A DNA stretch of 64,000 nt from Bacillales bacterium (GCA_016282155.1 JAEEJY010000005.1:10656-74655), one strand, 5' to 3'. Shown: positions 19,738-30,649, counted from the first letter of the stretch. Notes: generated by a model not told the origin, from the letters alone. A program made the numbers and translations.

Positions 19738-20685
19738 GTGACAATAACAGTAAAAGTAAGTGAAAAAACAAAAAAAGAGATGGATGAGTTCTTTAACGAC
19801 TATAAAAGAGAAAAAACTCCTCCCTACGCTATTTTCCAAGCTGATGATGCTGATACTGTAATAACACTTTATGAATCAGGAAAAGCTGTTTTCCAAGGAA
19901 GAGATGCTGACTTATCTAGTCAATTTTGGATTGAAAGAGAACGTCATAATAATCCTTTAAAAAAAGTAGAAGTAACTAATTCTGAGAATAAAGAAAAGAA
20001 AGAAAAAGAAACAACATATGTCGATCCTAAAATATATAATTCAACTTCTATCGGTTCCGATGAAGTCGGTACTGGTGATTACTTTGGACCTATCGTTGTT
20101 TGTGCAGCATACGTAGAAAAGAAAAATATTCCTTTACTTGAAAGTTTAGGAGTTAAAGATTCTAAAAAAATGACTGATGAACAAATACTTAAAGTAGTTC
20201 CTCAGTTTATAAATACCATTCCTTATGAATGTATAATTCTTTCAAATAAAGATTATAATGAAAAATATAAAGATGGTTATAATATGAATAAATTAAAAGC
20301 CATCTTACATAATAAAGCTTTAGCAACACTAAAAAATAAATACCCTATTTATGATTATATTGTTGTTGATCAATTCGCAGAAAAATATGTATATTTTAGT
20401 TATTTAAAAGAAAGTAATAATGTCGTTCGTAATATTACATTTATGACAAAAGCAGAAGATAAATGTTTAAGTGTAGCAGCTGCTTCCTTAATTAGTAGAT
20501 ATGTCTTCTTAAAAGAATTTGCTAAAATATCTAAGAGTGTTGATGAACTTCTTCCTAAGGGAGCATCTACTGCTGTTGATGAGAAAGCTGTTAAAGTAGT
20601 TAAGAAATATGGTTTTGATAAATTATACGAAATAGCTAAGATTAATTTTAAAAATACAGACAAAGTAAAAGAACTATTAAAATAG
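19738..20685 (+). CDS. rnhC: Ribonuclease HIII
   Basis: ITLYESGKAVFQG, IGSDEVGTGDYFGP, GVKDSK, VAAASLISR; GTG 19738 follows RBS GAGGTGAG. Confidence 0.95.
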   Translation: MTITVKVSEKTKKEMDEFFNDYKREKTPPYAIFQADDADTVITLYESGKAVFQGRDADLSSQFWIERERHNNPLKKVEVTNSENKEKKEKETTYVDPKIYNSTSIGSDEVGTGDYFGPIVVCAAYVEKKNIPLLESLGVKDSKKMTDEQILKVVPQFINTIPYECIILSNKDYNEKYKDGYNMNKLKAILHNKALATLKNKYPIYDYIVVDQFAEKYVYFSYLKESNNVVRNITFMTKAEDKCLSVAAASLISRYVFLKEFAKISKSVDELLPKGASTAVDEKAVKVVKKYGFDKLYEIAKINFKNTDKVKELLK

Positions 20686-20711
20686 TTCTTTTTTTATATA
20701 AAAAAATGGTA

Positions 20712-22940
20712 TTATTCATACCATTTTTTCTTTTTAGGTTTTCCTATTACATGTTTTTCTAAATCATACCAAATTGGTGCTGCAATAAATAAACTTGAAA
20801 TAGTACCAGCTAATAATCCAATAAATAAAGCTATATTGAAATTATATATTTCATGAGCTCCTAAGAAGATAAGAGCAATTACTGGCATTAATGTAGTTAC
20901 TGTTGTTGTAATAGATCTACTTAATACTTGATTTAAACTTTCGTTAGCAATATCTTTAAGTTCTTCTCTATTCTTAACAGTTCCCTTTTTACGTAATAAT
21001 TCTCTAATTCTATCAAATGATACAATTGTATCATTAATTGAGTAACCAATTATTGATAGAAGTGCAGCGATAAAGATTGAAGATACTTCTAATTTTAATA
21101 AACTAAATAGTATTACAATTAAAGATACGTCATGAACTAAAGCAGCAATTCCTGAGAATGCAAAGTTAAAGTTGAATCTTAAACCTACGTAAATAATGAT
21201 ACCGATACATGCTAAGATTACAGATATAATTGCATTCTTAACAAGTTCTTTTTTAACGACATTAGATATTACACCAATATCAGTACGTGCTTCATATTTA
21301 TTTTCAAAAAATTCTTCAGCTTCGTTTACTTTATCTTCTTTTAAATTTTCATTTATCTTAACAATTACGTTCTTTTCATTAACTTGCTCAACATCATAAA
21401 CAGTATATCCTAATGTTTCAACATCTTTCTTAATAACTTCACCAGTTAAACCAGTTTCGTTAGAAATACTAATACTTGAACCACCTCTAAAATCAATTCC
21501 TAGAGTTAATCCGTTATTGAAAATTGTAAATACTCCTACTACAACAATAACTGCGATATATGTATATGCAAATTTACGAAGTTTAATGAAATCAATTTTC
21601 TTTCTTTCTTTCTTAGCTTTCTTAAATCCAATAAAGAAATTTAATTTTTTATCAAACATTTCTGTTTTAACAAATAATCCTAATAATGATCTTGTTAATA
21701 GAACCATTACAAGCATTGTTACTATTGTACTTATAATTAACATTGTAGCAAATCCTTTAACACTACTTTCACCAAAGATGAATAAAATGATTGCTACTAA
21801 AAGTGTAGTAATATTTGAATCTAAAATAGATGTAATTGAATTCTTATTACCTTTTTTGATTGCTCCTTCTAAACTTGTATTATTTTTAAGTTCATCTTTA
21901 ACACGAGCAAATGTAATAACACTTGAGTCAATAGCCATACCTACACCAATAACTAAAGCAGCGATACCAGGTAAAGTTAATACTCCACCAAATAACCAGA
22001 ATGCTAAAATAGTTAAGAATGTATAAATTAATAATCCTATACTAGCTATTACACCAGCAAAATGATACATAATAATTAATAATAAGATAATTGCAGAAAT
22101 TCCAACAACTCCTGCTTTAGCAGTTAAACTAAGTGAATCTTCACCAAAAGATGCAGATACGTTTTTACTTGATAATTCAGTTAATTTAGTTGGAAGTGAT
22201 CCTGAATTAATTAAAGTAACTAAGTTTTCTACTTCTTCAGTAGTAAAGTTACCTTGGATAATTACATCACTAGCAAATCCTTGAGATACAGTTGCGGCAC
22301 TTAAACAGTTAGAACCGTTAGTTCCACATCCTTCTTTACCATTAGTATTATTACTCTTTAAAGCTTCAGTTTTATAACTATCAGTTGCACTATTATAATC
22401 TAGCCAAATAACAATTAATTTATCTTTTGTTTCAGATATTTTCTTTGTTACATTATAGAATGTTTCCTTATCTTTTACTGATAATGCTACAGCTGGACGA
22501 CCTTGATCATCTTGAGATACTTTGGCTTGTCCACTAACTAAAACATCACTACCCATTAATAAATTATCACTAGAATCTCTAAATGATAATGTAGCAACAG
22601 AACTTAATGTTTTTCTAGCAGTAGCTGAATCTTTAACACCCGGTAATTGGACACGAATATTTTCCCCTTCAACAATTATTTCTGGTTCAGAGACTCCTAA
22701 ACCATTAATTCTTCTTTCAATAGTTTTGTATGTACTTGTAACCATACTACTAGTTACTTTTTCTCCATTTGCTCCTTCTACTTGGTAAAGTATTTCAAAC
22801 CCACCTTGTAAATCTAAGCCAAACTTTAAATCATTTAATAATGGTTTAAGTCCTAAACCCATTACTAAAAAGATTAAAGCTACTATAATTAAACTTTTTA
22901 TAAGATTATTTCTTTTACTTGTGTTATTAATCTTTTTCAT
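20712..22940 (-). CDS. secDF: Protein translocase subunit SecDF
   Basis: FGLDLQGGFEILY, LTLPGIA, LGIDFRGG, IIGYSINDTIVSFDRIRE. Confidence 0.96.
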   Translation of the reverse strand: MKKINNTSKRNNLIKSLIIVALIFLVMGLGLKPLLNDLKFGLDLQGGFEILYQVEGANGEKVTSSMVTSTYKTIERRINGLGVSEPEIIVEGENIRVQLPGVKDSATARKTLSSVATLSFRDSSDNLLMGSDVLVSGQAKVSQDDQGRPAVALSVKDKETFYNVTKKISETKDKLIVIWLDYNSATDSYKTEALKSNNTNGKEGCGTNGSNCLSAATVSQGFASDVIIQGNFTTEEVENLVTLINSGSLPTKLTELSSKNVSASFGEDSLSLTAKAGVVGISAIILLLIIMYHFAGVIASIGLLIYTFLTILAFWLFGGVLTLPGIAALVIGVGMAIDSSVITFARVKDELKNNTSLEGAIKKGNKNSITSILDSNITTLLVAIILFIFGESSVKGFATMLIISTIVTMLVMVLLTRSLLGLFVKTEMFDKKLNFFIGFKKAKKERKKIDFIKLRKFAYTYIAVIVVVGVFTIFNNGLTLGIDFRGGSSISISNETGLTGEVIKKDVETLGYTVYDVEQVNEKNVIVKINENLKEDKVNEAEEFFENKYEARTDIGVISNVVKKELVKNAIISVILACIGIIIYVGLRFNFNFAFSGIAALVHDVSLIVILFSLLKLEVSSIFIAALLSIIGYSINDTIVSFDRIRELLRKKGTVKNREELKDIANESLNQVLSRSITTTVTTLMPVIALIFLGAHEIYNFNIALFIGLLAGTISSLFIAAPIWYDLEKHVIGKPKKKKWYE

Positions 22941-23217
22941 GTTCTTCCTCCTCAAAATAAATCTTACGATTTTTCATATTTAGTTTTTGTTTTAAATAGT
23001 CATCTATTAAAACAGCTTCTGTATTTAGTACATCACTTACCATTTGATAGAGATTTAAATCTACTGCGATTTTCCATTTTACTTCTTTTAGATAATTCCA
23101 AATATCTTCATCTGTTATATAAGTATAGCCTAATCTTTTCATCTCTATACACTTTGTATTAAGAGCAGGTTTAATACGTTTATATAATTCTTCAAGACTA
23201 TGAAATTCTAAATCCAT
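22927..23217 (-). CDS. comN: ComN-like post-transcriptional regulator
   Basis: PALNTKCIEMKRLGYTYITDEDIWNYL...W; upstream of secDF as in Bacillus. Confidence 0.75.
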   Translation of the reverse strand: MDLEFHSLEELYKRIKPALNTKCIEMKRLGYTYITDEDIWNYLKEVKWKIAVDLNLYQMVSDVLNTEAVLIDDYLKQKLNMKNRKIYFEEEEHEKD

Positions 23218-23321
23218 AACAGTACCTCCATGCTTAACGTCTAGATATATTATATATTAAATACCCAGTTTTTTAAAGCATTTTTAGTAATTTTGCTATA
23301 TTTTTAAACCTACAATTATCT

Positions 23322-23350
23322 ATTGTATAATTTATATCTAGCTTAGTCAA
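23322..23350 (-). promoter_or_regulatory. Sigma-A promoter upstream of comN-secDF
   Basis: TTGACT-N17-TACAAT on the minus strand. Confidence 0.6.
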
Positions 23351-23365
23351 CAAAAAAGAGAAGGA

Positions 23366-23911
23366 TTACTTCTCTTCATTATCTCTTCTATTTCTTGCAC
23401 GTAGTTTAAGATCAATTGTTTTTTCTCCTAAACTCTTGCCTAATTCATCATGTAATTCTTGCTTATTAACTTCTGTTGCTAAAGCTACATATGTTCTTAA
23501 TAAGTCTTTAGCTGTTGCAACATTTAAGTAAAAACTACCATGATAGAAAATGTGCATTGTTAAACTACTATTTTTATCAGTATCATATTTAATATCAAAT
23601 TTAAATGCAGTTTGGTCTACTTTAACATAAGTATCGATTTTAGCACTTTCGCTAGTTGGAGCATAAGTAAGTTCTTGATACATTTGTCTTAAAGTATCAA
23701 CATATATATTTAATATATCTTTACGATCAGATAATTCTGATGTTACTAAGACATTATCATCAGTAATTGTATAACTACTAGCATCCCATCCTAAAATACT
23801 ATCAGGTACTAATCTTAATTCTATATCAATGTGACGATTATTATTTGTTGTTATTTCAGTTAAATAACTTCCTACTAAAGGACGACATACATCATAACCT
23901 TTTCTTTGCAT
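23366..23911 (-). CDS. Hypothetical protein
   Basis: 181-aa ORF with RBS GAGGTGG and its own promoter-like TATAAT. Confidence 0.6.
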   Translation of the reverse strand: MQRKGYDVCRPLVGSYLTEITTNNNRHIDIELRLVPDSILGWDASSYTITDDNVLVTSELSDRKDILNIYVDTLRQMYQELTYAPTSESAKIDTYVKVDQTAFKFDIKYDTDKNSSLTMHIFYHGSFYLNVATAKDLLRTYVALATEVNKQELHDELGKSLGEKTIDLKLRARNRRDNEEK

Positions 23912-23977
23912 AATTCCACCTCATTTATGCCATTATTATACTAGTATTTTTATAATTGTCAAAAAAGAGAAATATTT

Positions 23978-25387
23978 CTATTTCTCTTCTACTATTTCTC
24001 CATCAAGACTCCAACTTTTAGCACTTGTTATTTTAACATCAACAATACTTCCTAAATATTTAGGATCAGCTTTTACATTAACAAGTTTCATAGTATCAGT
24101 ATACCCCATTAATAAGTTTTTATCTTTTTCACTATAATCTTCAAGTAATACTTTAACAATTTTACCTTCATACTTAAGATTATTTTCTTTAGCATATTTA
24201 TTAACTAAATCATTTAATTTATGAAGTCTTTCTTCTTTAACTTCTAATGAAATATCATCTTGCATTTTAGCTGCCGGAGTTCCTTCACGAGGTGAATAAA
24301 TAAATGTAAAGGCACTATCATACTTACATTCATTAACAACTTCTAATGTTTCATTAAAATCTTCTTCTGTTTCATTAGGAAATCCTACAATTATATCTGT
24401 TGTAACAGCTACATTTTTAATAGTATCTTTAATCTTTTTAAATAAAGTTATATATTCTTCCTTTGTATAACGTCTACCCATTAATTTTAAAATACGACTA
24501 GATCCAGATTGTAGAGGTAAATGAATATAAGGCATTATATTATCTCTACTTGCAATAGCGTTAATCATATCATCAGAGAAATCCCAAGGATGACTAGTTA
24601 CAAATCTAACTCTATCAATACCTGTATCACTTACTTTAAGAAGTAATTCAGCAAATGATAAGTCATTAATATCTTTACCGTAAGCATTAACATTTTGACC
24701 TAATAAAGTAACTTCTTTATAACCGTTCTTTACTAAACATTCTACTTCTTTAATTATTTCTTCAGATTTTCTACTTCTTTGTTTTCCTCTTGTATATGGT
24801 ACTATACAATATGTACAAAATTTATCACAACCATATTGGATATCAACCCAAGCTTTAAATTTAGAATCTCTCTTGTAAGGAATATTTTCATATACTTCCC
24901 CTTCTTTAGAGTAAACTCTAATATCTTGTCTTTCCATTTTGTTTAATAACATATCCTCAAGTTCAAAGATATTATGTGTTCCAAAAACAATATCAACATA
25001 AGGATGATTCTTAATTAAGTCATTAGCAACTTTCTCTTCTTGCGGCATACATCCACATATACAAATTATTAAATCTTTATTGTTATTTTCTTTTTCGTGC
25101 TTACATCTACCTAAGAAGCCATATAATTTATCATGGGCATTTTCTCTAATTGCACAAGTATTTAAAATGACGATATCAGCTTCTTCAATAGTTTCTACTT
25201 TACTAAAACCTAAATTTTCTAAACGAGCTGATATTTCTTCACTGTCATGAACATTCATTTGACATCCATAAGTTCTTATAAAGTATTTCTTACCAGCATA
25301 AGCTTTATCTGCATTATTATTTAAATATATATAATTAGTTTTATCTGTTGTACGAGTTTGTGCTTCTTTCATATTTGGTAAATTCAT
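23978..25387 (-). CDS. miaB: tRNA i6A37 methylthiotransferase
   Basis: TYGCQMNVHDSE, NTCAIRENA, GCDKFCTYCIVPYTRG, LLGQNVNAYG, C-terminal TRAM domain. Confidence 0.96.
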   Translation of the reverse strand: MNLPNMKEAQTRTTDKTNYIYLNNNADKAYAGKKYFIRTYGCQMNVHDSEEISARLENLGFSKVETIEEADIVILNTCAIRENAHDKLYGFLGRCKHEKENNNKDLIICICGCMPQEEKVANDLIKNHPYVDIVFGTHNIFELEDMLLNKMERQDIRVYSKEGEVYENIPYKRDSKFKAWVDIQYGCDKFCTYCIVPYTRGKQRSRKSEEIIKEVECLVKNGYKEVTLLGQNVNAYGKDINDLSFAELLLKVSDTGIDRVRFVTSHPWDFSDDMINAIASRDNIMPYIHLPLQSGSSRILKLMGRRYTKEEYITLFKKIKDTIKNVAVTTDIIVGFPNETEEDFNETLEVVNECKYDSAFTFIYSPREGTPAAKMQDDISLEVKEERLHKLNDLVNKYAKENNLKYEGKIVKVLLEDYSEKDKNLLMGYTDTMKLVNVKADPKYLGSIVDVKITSAKSWSLDGEIVEEK

Positions 25388-25465
25388 AATATCCCTCTTT
25401 CACTTAAAAAATAATAGCATATTTGCTATTATTTTTCAACAAAAAAACATATATAAAATATGTTT

Positions 25466-25771
25466 TTAAACTAAGATACCGTAATTTCTTAAAATAATAT
25501 ATCCTGAAATTAATAGACCAAAAACTGCTACTACTTTACCAGCTACACTTTTACTTGAAAGTCCACATAATGAACATGCAAAAGCGATAGCTGCTACGAC
25601 AGGTACTGTTGCAAATATATAGTCATATACAAAATATGAAACTAAAGATAAGCATAGTCCAATAAATCCTGCACTTAGTAAACCAGATATTAATCTTAAT
25701 GCTGCAAATGCTAGTAAAAAGATAACACCTATAGCAACTACTGATCCTAATGTTCCGAAATTAGCTACCAT
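25466..25771 (-). CDS. Small multi-pass membrane protein
   Basis: 101 aa, almost entirely hydrophobic; RBS and extended -10 upstream. Confidence 0.65.
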   Translation of the reverse strand: MVANFGTLGSVVAIGVIFLLAFAALRLISGLLSAGFIGLCLSLVSYFVYDYIFATVPVVAAIAFACSLCGLSSKSVAGKVVAVFGLLISGYIILRNYGILV

Positions 25772-25814
25772 TATTTCACCACCTAGATTAATTATAACAT
25801 AAAAAAGAGGTATA

Positions 25815-27458
25815 TTATACCTCTTGTAATACTAAAAGTATCATTGGTTTACATTCAGTTTGTTCATATAAGTACTTACCAACTTTATCTCTGATTCCAT
25901 TTTTAACTTTTGCAAAATCTACATATGTATTATTTATATATTCATTAATAACATTTAATGATATATTTTGTGCTTCTTTAATTAAATCTATATTATCTTT
26001 AACATATATAAATCCCCTAGTTAAAATTTCAGGACCCGCAAGTACTTTCTTAGTAACCTTATCAATAGTTGCTGTTACAATAACAATACCATTATCACTT
26101 AATGCTTCTCTATCCTTAATAACAGCTTCCCCAATATCACCAACAGTCTTACCATCGATTAAAATATCATCGAAAGGCACTTTTTCTCCTGTTTCAACAA
26201 GTTCACCATTAACGAATGTAGCTACTTCTCCATTTAACTTTAATAGGATATTTTCATCTTTATATCCTATTTGACGTGCTAAGTCAGCATTAGCTACTTG
26301 GTGACGATATTCTCCTATTACTGGGAAGTAATATTTAGGTTGCATTAAATCTAGCATCAATAGTAAATCTTCACTAGATGCATGTAACGATAAATATTTT
26401 TTAGAAGATAAAATAATTAAATTACATCCAATACGCGCTACACTATCATAAATATCTGTAGCAGTTTTTTCCATACCATCATATACTTGTGAAGCAAATA
26501 CAACAGTATCATTACTTGTAAGTTTAATAAATTTATCTGTTCCTCTTATAATTCTTTTCATATTAGAAAAAGGTTTTTCACGATCGTCAGATATTAAGAT
26601 TGCTACATTTTCACTATTTACTTCATGAATATTAGCAAATCTATCTTTATCGAATTTAAGATATCCTTTTTCAATACAATTATTTACCATTGCTTGTAAA
26701 TTTTTACCTAAAATAACAACTCTACGCTCAGTTTTTTCTATCTCAGCTAATAATTCTTGTAATCTTGATATTTGTGAATCATAAATATTAAATAAAATTC
26801 TACCTTCAGTTTTACCTAATATTTCACTAAAAGCATTACCTACACGATGTTGAGGCGATGTATATCCCTTCTTATCAGCATATAAAGACTCACTAAGTAA
26901 GCATAAAACTCCTTGTTTACCAACATATGCTAATTTACCAATATCTGTTTTAAATGCTCCTATCATTGTTGAATCAAAAGCAAAATTACCCGTATAGAAA
27001 ATAATACCATCTTCGGTATATAAAGCATAACCTACTGCTTCAGGTACTGAATGTGTTAAACTAATTGGAAAAATACTATTCTTCCCAAATGTTTTCTTTT
27101 GATGTGGTTTTAATTCAATTAAATTATCCGTATTTATACCACTATCTAAATCTTGTTTAATAATATCAATTGTGAAAGCTGTACCATAAACTTTTAAATT
27201 TGGTAATTCCGCTAATATATCTGCTACAGCTCCCATTTGTAATTCATGACCGTGTGTAATAAATAAACCTTGTATTCTATCTATGTTTTCTTTTAAATAA
27301 TCGAAATTAGGTATTATATAATCAACACCCAACATTTTATCATCCGCATATTTAAGACCTGCATCAAAGATAAATATATCTTTATCTACTTCAACAACAT
27401 ACATATTTTTACCATTGTCATTTAATCCACCAAGTCCAAATATTTTAATTTTACTCAT
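25815..27458 (-). CDS. rnj: Ribonuclease J (J2-like, degenerate metal site)
   Basis: IFGLGGLNDNGKNMY, DAGLKY, THGHELQMG, GPEILTRGFIY. Confidence 0.92.
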   Translation of the reverse strand: MSKIKIFGLGGLNDNGKNMYVVEVDKDIFIFDAGLKYADDKMLGVDYIIPNFDYLKENIDRIQGLFITHGHELQMGAVADILAELPNLKVYGTAFTIDIIKQDLDSGINTDNLIELKPHQKKTFGKNSIFPISLTHSVPEAVGYALYTEDGIIFYTGNFAFDSTMIGAFKTDIGKLAYVGKQGVLCLLSESLYADKKGYTSPQHRVGNAFSEILGKTEGRILFNIYDSQISRLQELLAEIEKTERRVVILGKNLQAMVNNCIEKGYLKFDKDRFANIHEVNSENVAILISDDREKPFSNMKRIIRGTDKFIKLTSNDTVVFASQVYDGMEKTATDIYDSVARIGCNLIILSSKKYLSLHASSEDLLLMLDLMQPKYYFPVIGEYRHQVANADLARQIGYKDENILLKLNGEVATFVNGELVETGEKVPFDDILIDGKTVGDIGEAVIKDREALSDNGIVIVTATIDKVTKKVLAGPEILTRGFIYVKDNIDLIKEAQNISLNVINEYINNTYVDFAKVKNGIRDKVGKYLYEQTECKPMILLVLQEV

Positions 27459-27579
27459 AAAACTCCTTTCTTTAAATTAAAAAAGCCTAAATCATTATAG
27501 CATACTTTCATTATATGTGCAAATACACTATCTATATAAATTATATCACTAAAAAAAGGTATATCATACCTTTTTTATT

Positions 27580-29643
27580 CTAATAAACGGGGGCGATAGT
27601 AGCATCAAAACCATAATATTCATTTACAATATTATCAGTTCTAAATACAATTTTAATGTAATTGCCTGGAACAGTAATATTAGTGGTTAAATTCTCGCCT
27701 TTATTTACGAATCCACCATATTTACCAAACGTACTACTTGAACCATACACATATACCCAATCATAGCTTGTACTTTCAGTAGCATAATTAAGGATGACTT
27801 CAATACTTGTTGCACCAGGGAAAGTATTTTCATAATATACAACATTATCAATGTTATTTGCGTATGGATTATGTTCTGACTCAACATATATTTGATCGGT
27901 AAGCTCTATATCTGTTACATTAGCATTAATAGAAGGCATAGTAAATTTTCTGTCATTAATCAAAGTACCATTCATTTTAAAACTAACAATTTTTTTATTC
28001 TGAGCTTTTAATGTGATATTAGTTCCTGGATAAGCACGAGATAATGATGGTGTTACAGTTGAATCACTAACTGTAATAGTATGTTTAGCAGGGCATGAAA
28101 CTTCAGTAACATTAACTCTATTACTATAGTTAGCCGTAGCTAAGACACTTTCAATATTAGCAGGACTATAATTACCACAGTCTAATCTAATATTTACTTG
28201 TCCATACTGTGCGGCATTTCTTAAGAAACTATTATAATTACCATTAGAAGCATCAAAATTTAAAGTAAAACTTGTATTTAAATATGGATTTTCTTCAAAC
28301 ATATAACTAATATTTTCAACATTGGAAAAGTCGAAATTTGAAATATTTAAATTTTTTACATTACGTCTTGCAAACATACCACCCATATTAGTAACATTAC
28401 TTGTATTAAAATTACTTAAATTTAAATCTAAGGTTGCTCTTACTTCACTTGCCTCATCTTCACCTTCCTCATCTATTGAAAACATACCACCCATATTAGT
28501 AACATTACTTGTATCAAAATTACTTAAATTTAAAGTCTCAAGGGAATAGCAGCCATTAAACATATTACCCATATTAGTAACATTACTTGTATTAAAATTA
28601 CTTAAATCTAAAGTCTCAAGGGAATAGCAGCCCCTAAACATACCTGCCATACTCTCAACATCACTTGTATCAAAATTACTTATATTCAAATTTTTGAGCG
28701 ACTCGCAATATTCAAACATACAATCCATATTAGTAACATTACTTGTATCAAAACTACTTAAATCTAAAGTCTCAAGGGAATAACACTCCTCAAACATACT
28801 TATCATACTCTCAACATTACTTGTATCAAAACTGCTCAAATCTAAAGTCTCAAGGGAATAATTACATTCGAACATAAAAGTCATATTGTAAACTTTACTT
28901 GTATCAAAATTATTAAATTCATATTTTCTTACATTCTCAAAATCGTAAAATAATTCTTCACTATCCCCCGGAGCAAATATTTTATAATCCGATATTACAT
29001 ATAAATCAAACGCTGGGGTTTCTGGTGGTGCCCCAGGACACACGGCATTAGGAGGACATATAGATCTATCACGAATATTTCCATTTCTAACTAAATAAGC
29101 TGTTATCATTCCAGGCTTTGAACCAACATCATACGAATAATAATATTCACTTGGAGCATCATCATATCCAAAAGTTACGGAAATAAGTTGGTGTGGATCT
29201 ATATAATCCCCATGTCCGCATTCTTTTTCATCCATTGGGCAGGCAAAATTATAATTCAAATATAAATCTTCATCAACAAGATGAATACTACAGCTTACTA
29301 TTTTTAAATCATTTCTTGTTCCACTAACACAATACTTACCATTTGATATTCTATCTGCATAATAAGTATTATCTCTATATGTTATTTTACCCTTTGTAAA
29401 TTGCTCTTTATTATTAATATCTATATCAATATTTTTGGCGTTTAATCCGTTTGAAGGGAACGTTTTTCCGTTAGAAGCATATTCTTCATCTACCGCTGTT
29501 AGAAGGCCATAAACGCTCACTTTAAAGGCATCTTTTTCTCTTTTATCAATGATATAATTAGTTACTGGTACAACAATAACAATAATTAATCCAAGAAGAG
29601 TAATTATTGCTATTAATTCAACTAGCGTAAATCCCTTTTTCAT
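27580..29643 (-). CDS. Type IV pilin-like surface protein with BspA/DUF285 repeats and C-terminal CUB-like domain
   Basis: MKKG|FTLVELIA prepilin site (start moved to 29643, RBS GGAGG); repeats LDLSxFDTSNVxxMxxMF; C-terminal ESEHNPY...TESTSYDWVYVY...FRTD...YYGF. Confidence 0.85.
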   Translation of the reverse strand: MKKGFTLVELIAIITLLGLIIVIVVPVTNYIIDKREKDAFKVSVYGLLTAVDEEYASNGKTFPSNGLNAKNIDIDINNKEQFTKGKITYRDNTYYADRISNGKYCVSGTRNDLKIVSCSIHLVDEDLYLNYNFACPMDEKECGHGDYIDPHQLISVTFGYDDAPSEYYYSYDVGSKPGMITAYLVRNGNIRDRSICPPNAVCPGAPPETPAFDLYVISDYKIFAPGDSEELFYDFENVRKYEFNNFDTSKVYNMTFMFECNYSLETLDLSSFDTSNVESMISMFEECYSLETLDLSSFDTSNVTNMDCMFEYCESLKNLNISNFDTSDVESMAGMFRGCYSLETLDLSNFNTSNVTNMGNMFNGCYSLETLNLSNFDTSNVTNMGGMFSIDEEGEDEASEVRATLDLNLSNFNTSNVTNMGGMFARRNVKNLNISNFDFSNVENISYMFEENPYLNTSFTLNFDASNGNYNSFLRNAAQYGQVNIRLDCGNYSPANIESVLATANYSNRVNVTEVSCPAKHTITVSDSTVTPSLSRAYPGTNITLKAQNKKIVSFKMNGTLINDRKFTMPSINANVTDIELTDQIYVESEHNPYANNIDNVVYYENTFPGATSIEVILNYATESTSYDWVYVYGSSSTFGKYGGFVNKGENLTTNITVPGNYIKIVFRTDNIVNEYYGFDATIAPVY
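28310..28925 (-). repeat. Tandem ~78-bp (26-aa) BspA/DUF285 leucine-rich repeats
   Basis: Recurrent ttacttgtat(c/t)aaaa and aaagtctcaagggaata blocks at 78-bp spacing, about 7-8 units, one interrupted by an acidic insert. Confidence 0.85.
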
Positions 29644-29665
29644 AAAATGCCTCCTATCTAAGTTT

Positions 29666-30649
29666 CTAACCAATAGTTTCGATATCACTTGTTTCATTTG
29701 CTTCTTCTTCACCATAGCCTGGACCCATAACAGTTACTTTCTTAGTAGCCGTCGCCTTATTACCTGTTTCATCTGTTGCTGTGTAAGTAATTGTATAAGT
29801 TCCTGGTATACCTAAGGCTAAATTAGTCTTAATATTTACTTTTGGTTCTACATCATAATTATCTGAAACTAAAATATAATCATATGCATTAAATTCAGTT
29901 TCATAATAAGGTATTTTTACATCCTGAGGCGATACTATAATAATAGGAGCTGATATATCCTTTACTGTTACAGTTCTCTCAGTTACTGAATTTTTATTTG
30001 ATAAATAAGTATTTGTGTAAATTAATACATATTTTGCTGGTTCAGATGTATCTAATTTTATATCTGTAATTTCATTTACTGATGAATTATAACTATTTAT
30101 CTCTGTACAAAAGCGACTATCACCACAACCTAAAACTGTAACTTCCCAAGAAGGATTAGTAATAAAACTGTACTTACCATACATATCAAATCCCGGTTCA
30201 TTATATTCTGAATTTATATCAATAGTCATCTCTTTATTACCTTTAAGTTTAGTAAGTCCCGAACTACTACTACAATGACCATCATAATAAGGGCTATCAA
30301 CATCAATAAAATAGAAATCATAAGTGCCCCCATAAATTTCTACATTCAAATATTCGTTACTTCGCGTTTTGTAAAAAGAATTGCTATTTGCATCTTTCGA
30401 AGATAAATATCCATCTTTAACAAGATCACTTAATTTAAAGCATTCTTCTGCATACATAACGCCTGGCGCTAATTTAGTACTTACATAATCTTTTGTTAAA
30501 TCATAAATAAACTCCCTTTCGGCATCTTCTTTTTCATAACGTGAACTTAAAAGCATATCACCTATCTTTGGAAGAGCTAAAGCACTAATTAGTCCTAAAA
30601 TAATAACTACCGCTAATGTTTCAATTAATGTAAAACCTTTTTTATTCAT
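29666..30649 (-). CDS. Type IV pilin-like protein with Ig-like (DUF5011-type) domains
   Basis: MNKKG|FTLIETLA; LKGNKEMTIDINSEYNEPG, PGTYTITYTATDETGNKAT. Confidence 0.82.
   Translation of the reverse strand: MNKKGFTLIETLAVVIILGLISALALPKIGDMLLSSRYEKEDAEREFIYDLTKDYVSTKLAPGVMYAEECFKLSDLVKDGYLSSKDANSNSFYKTRSNEYLNVEIYGGTYDFYFIDVDSPYYDGHCSSSSGLTKLKGNKEMTIDINSEYNEPGFDMYGKYSFITNPSWEVTVLGCGDSRFCTEINSYNSSVNEITDIKLDTSEPAKYVLIYTNTYLSNKNSVTERTVTVKDISAPIIIVSPQDVKIPYYETEFNAYDYILVSDNYDVEPKVNIKTNLALGIPGTYTITYTATDETGNKATATKKVTVMGPGYGEEEANETSDIETIG

Noticed and set aside
23218-23345. Possible ncRNA (6S-like) from the CTAGATATA/TATATCTAG inverted repeat upstream of comN
   Set aside because: One arm lies inside the promoter spacer and would not be transcribed; the rest is AT-rich with no convincing structure
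28310-28925. Regularly spaced DNA repeats resembling a CRISPR array
   Set aside because: In-frame 78-bp coding repeats of a BspA/DUF285 protein; no unique spacers and no cas genes
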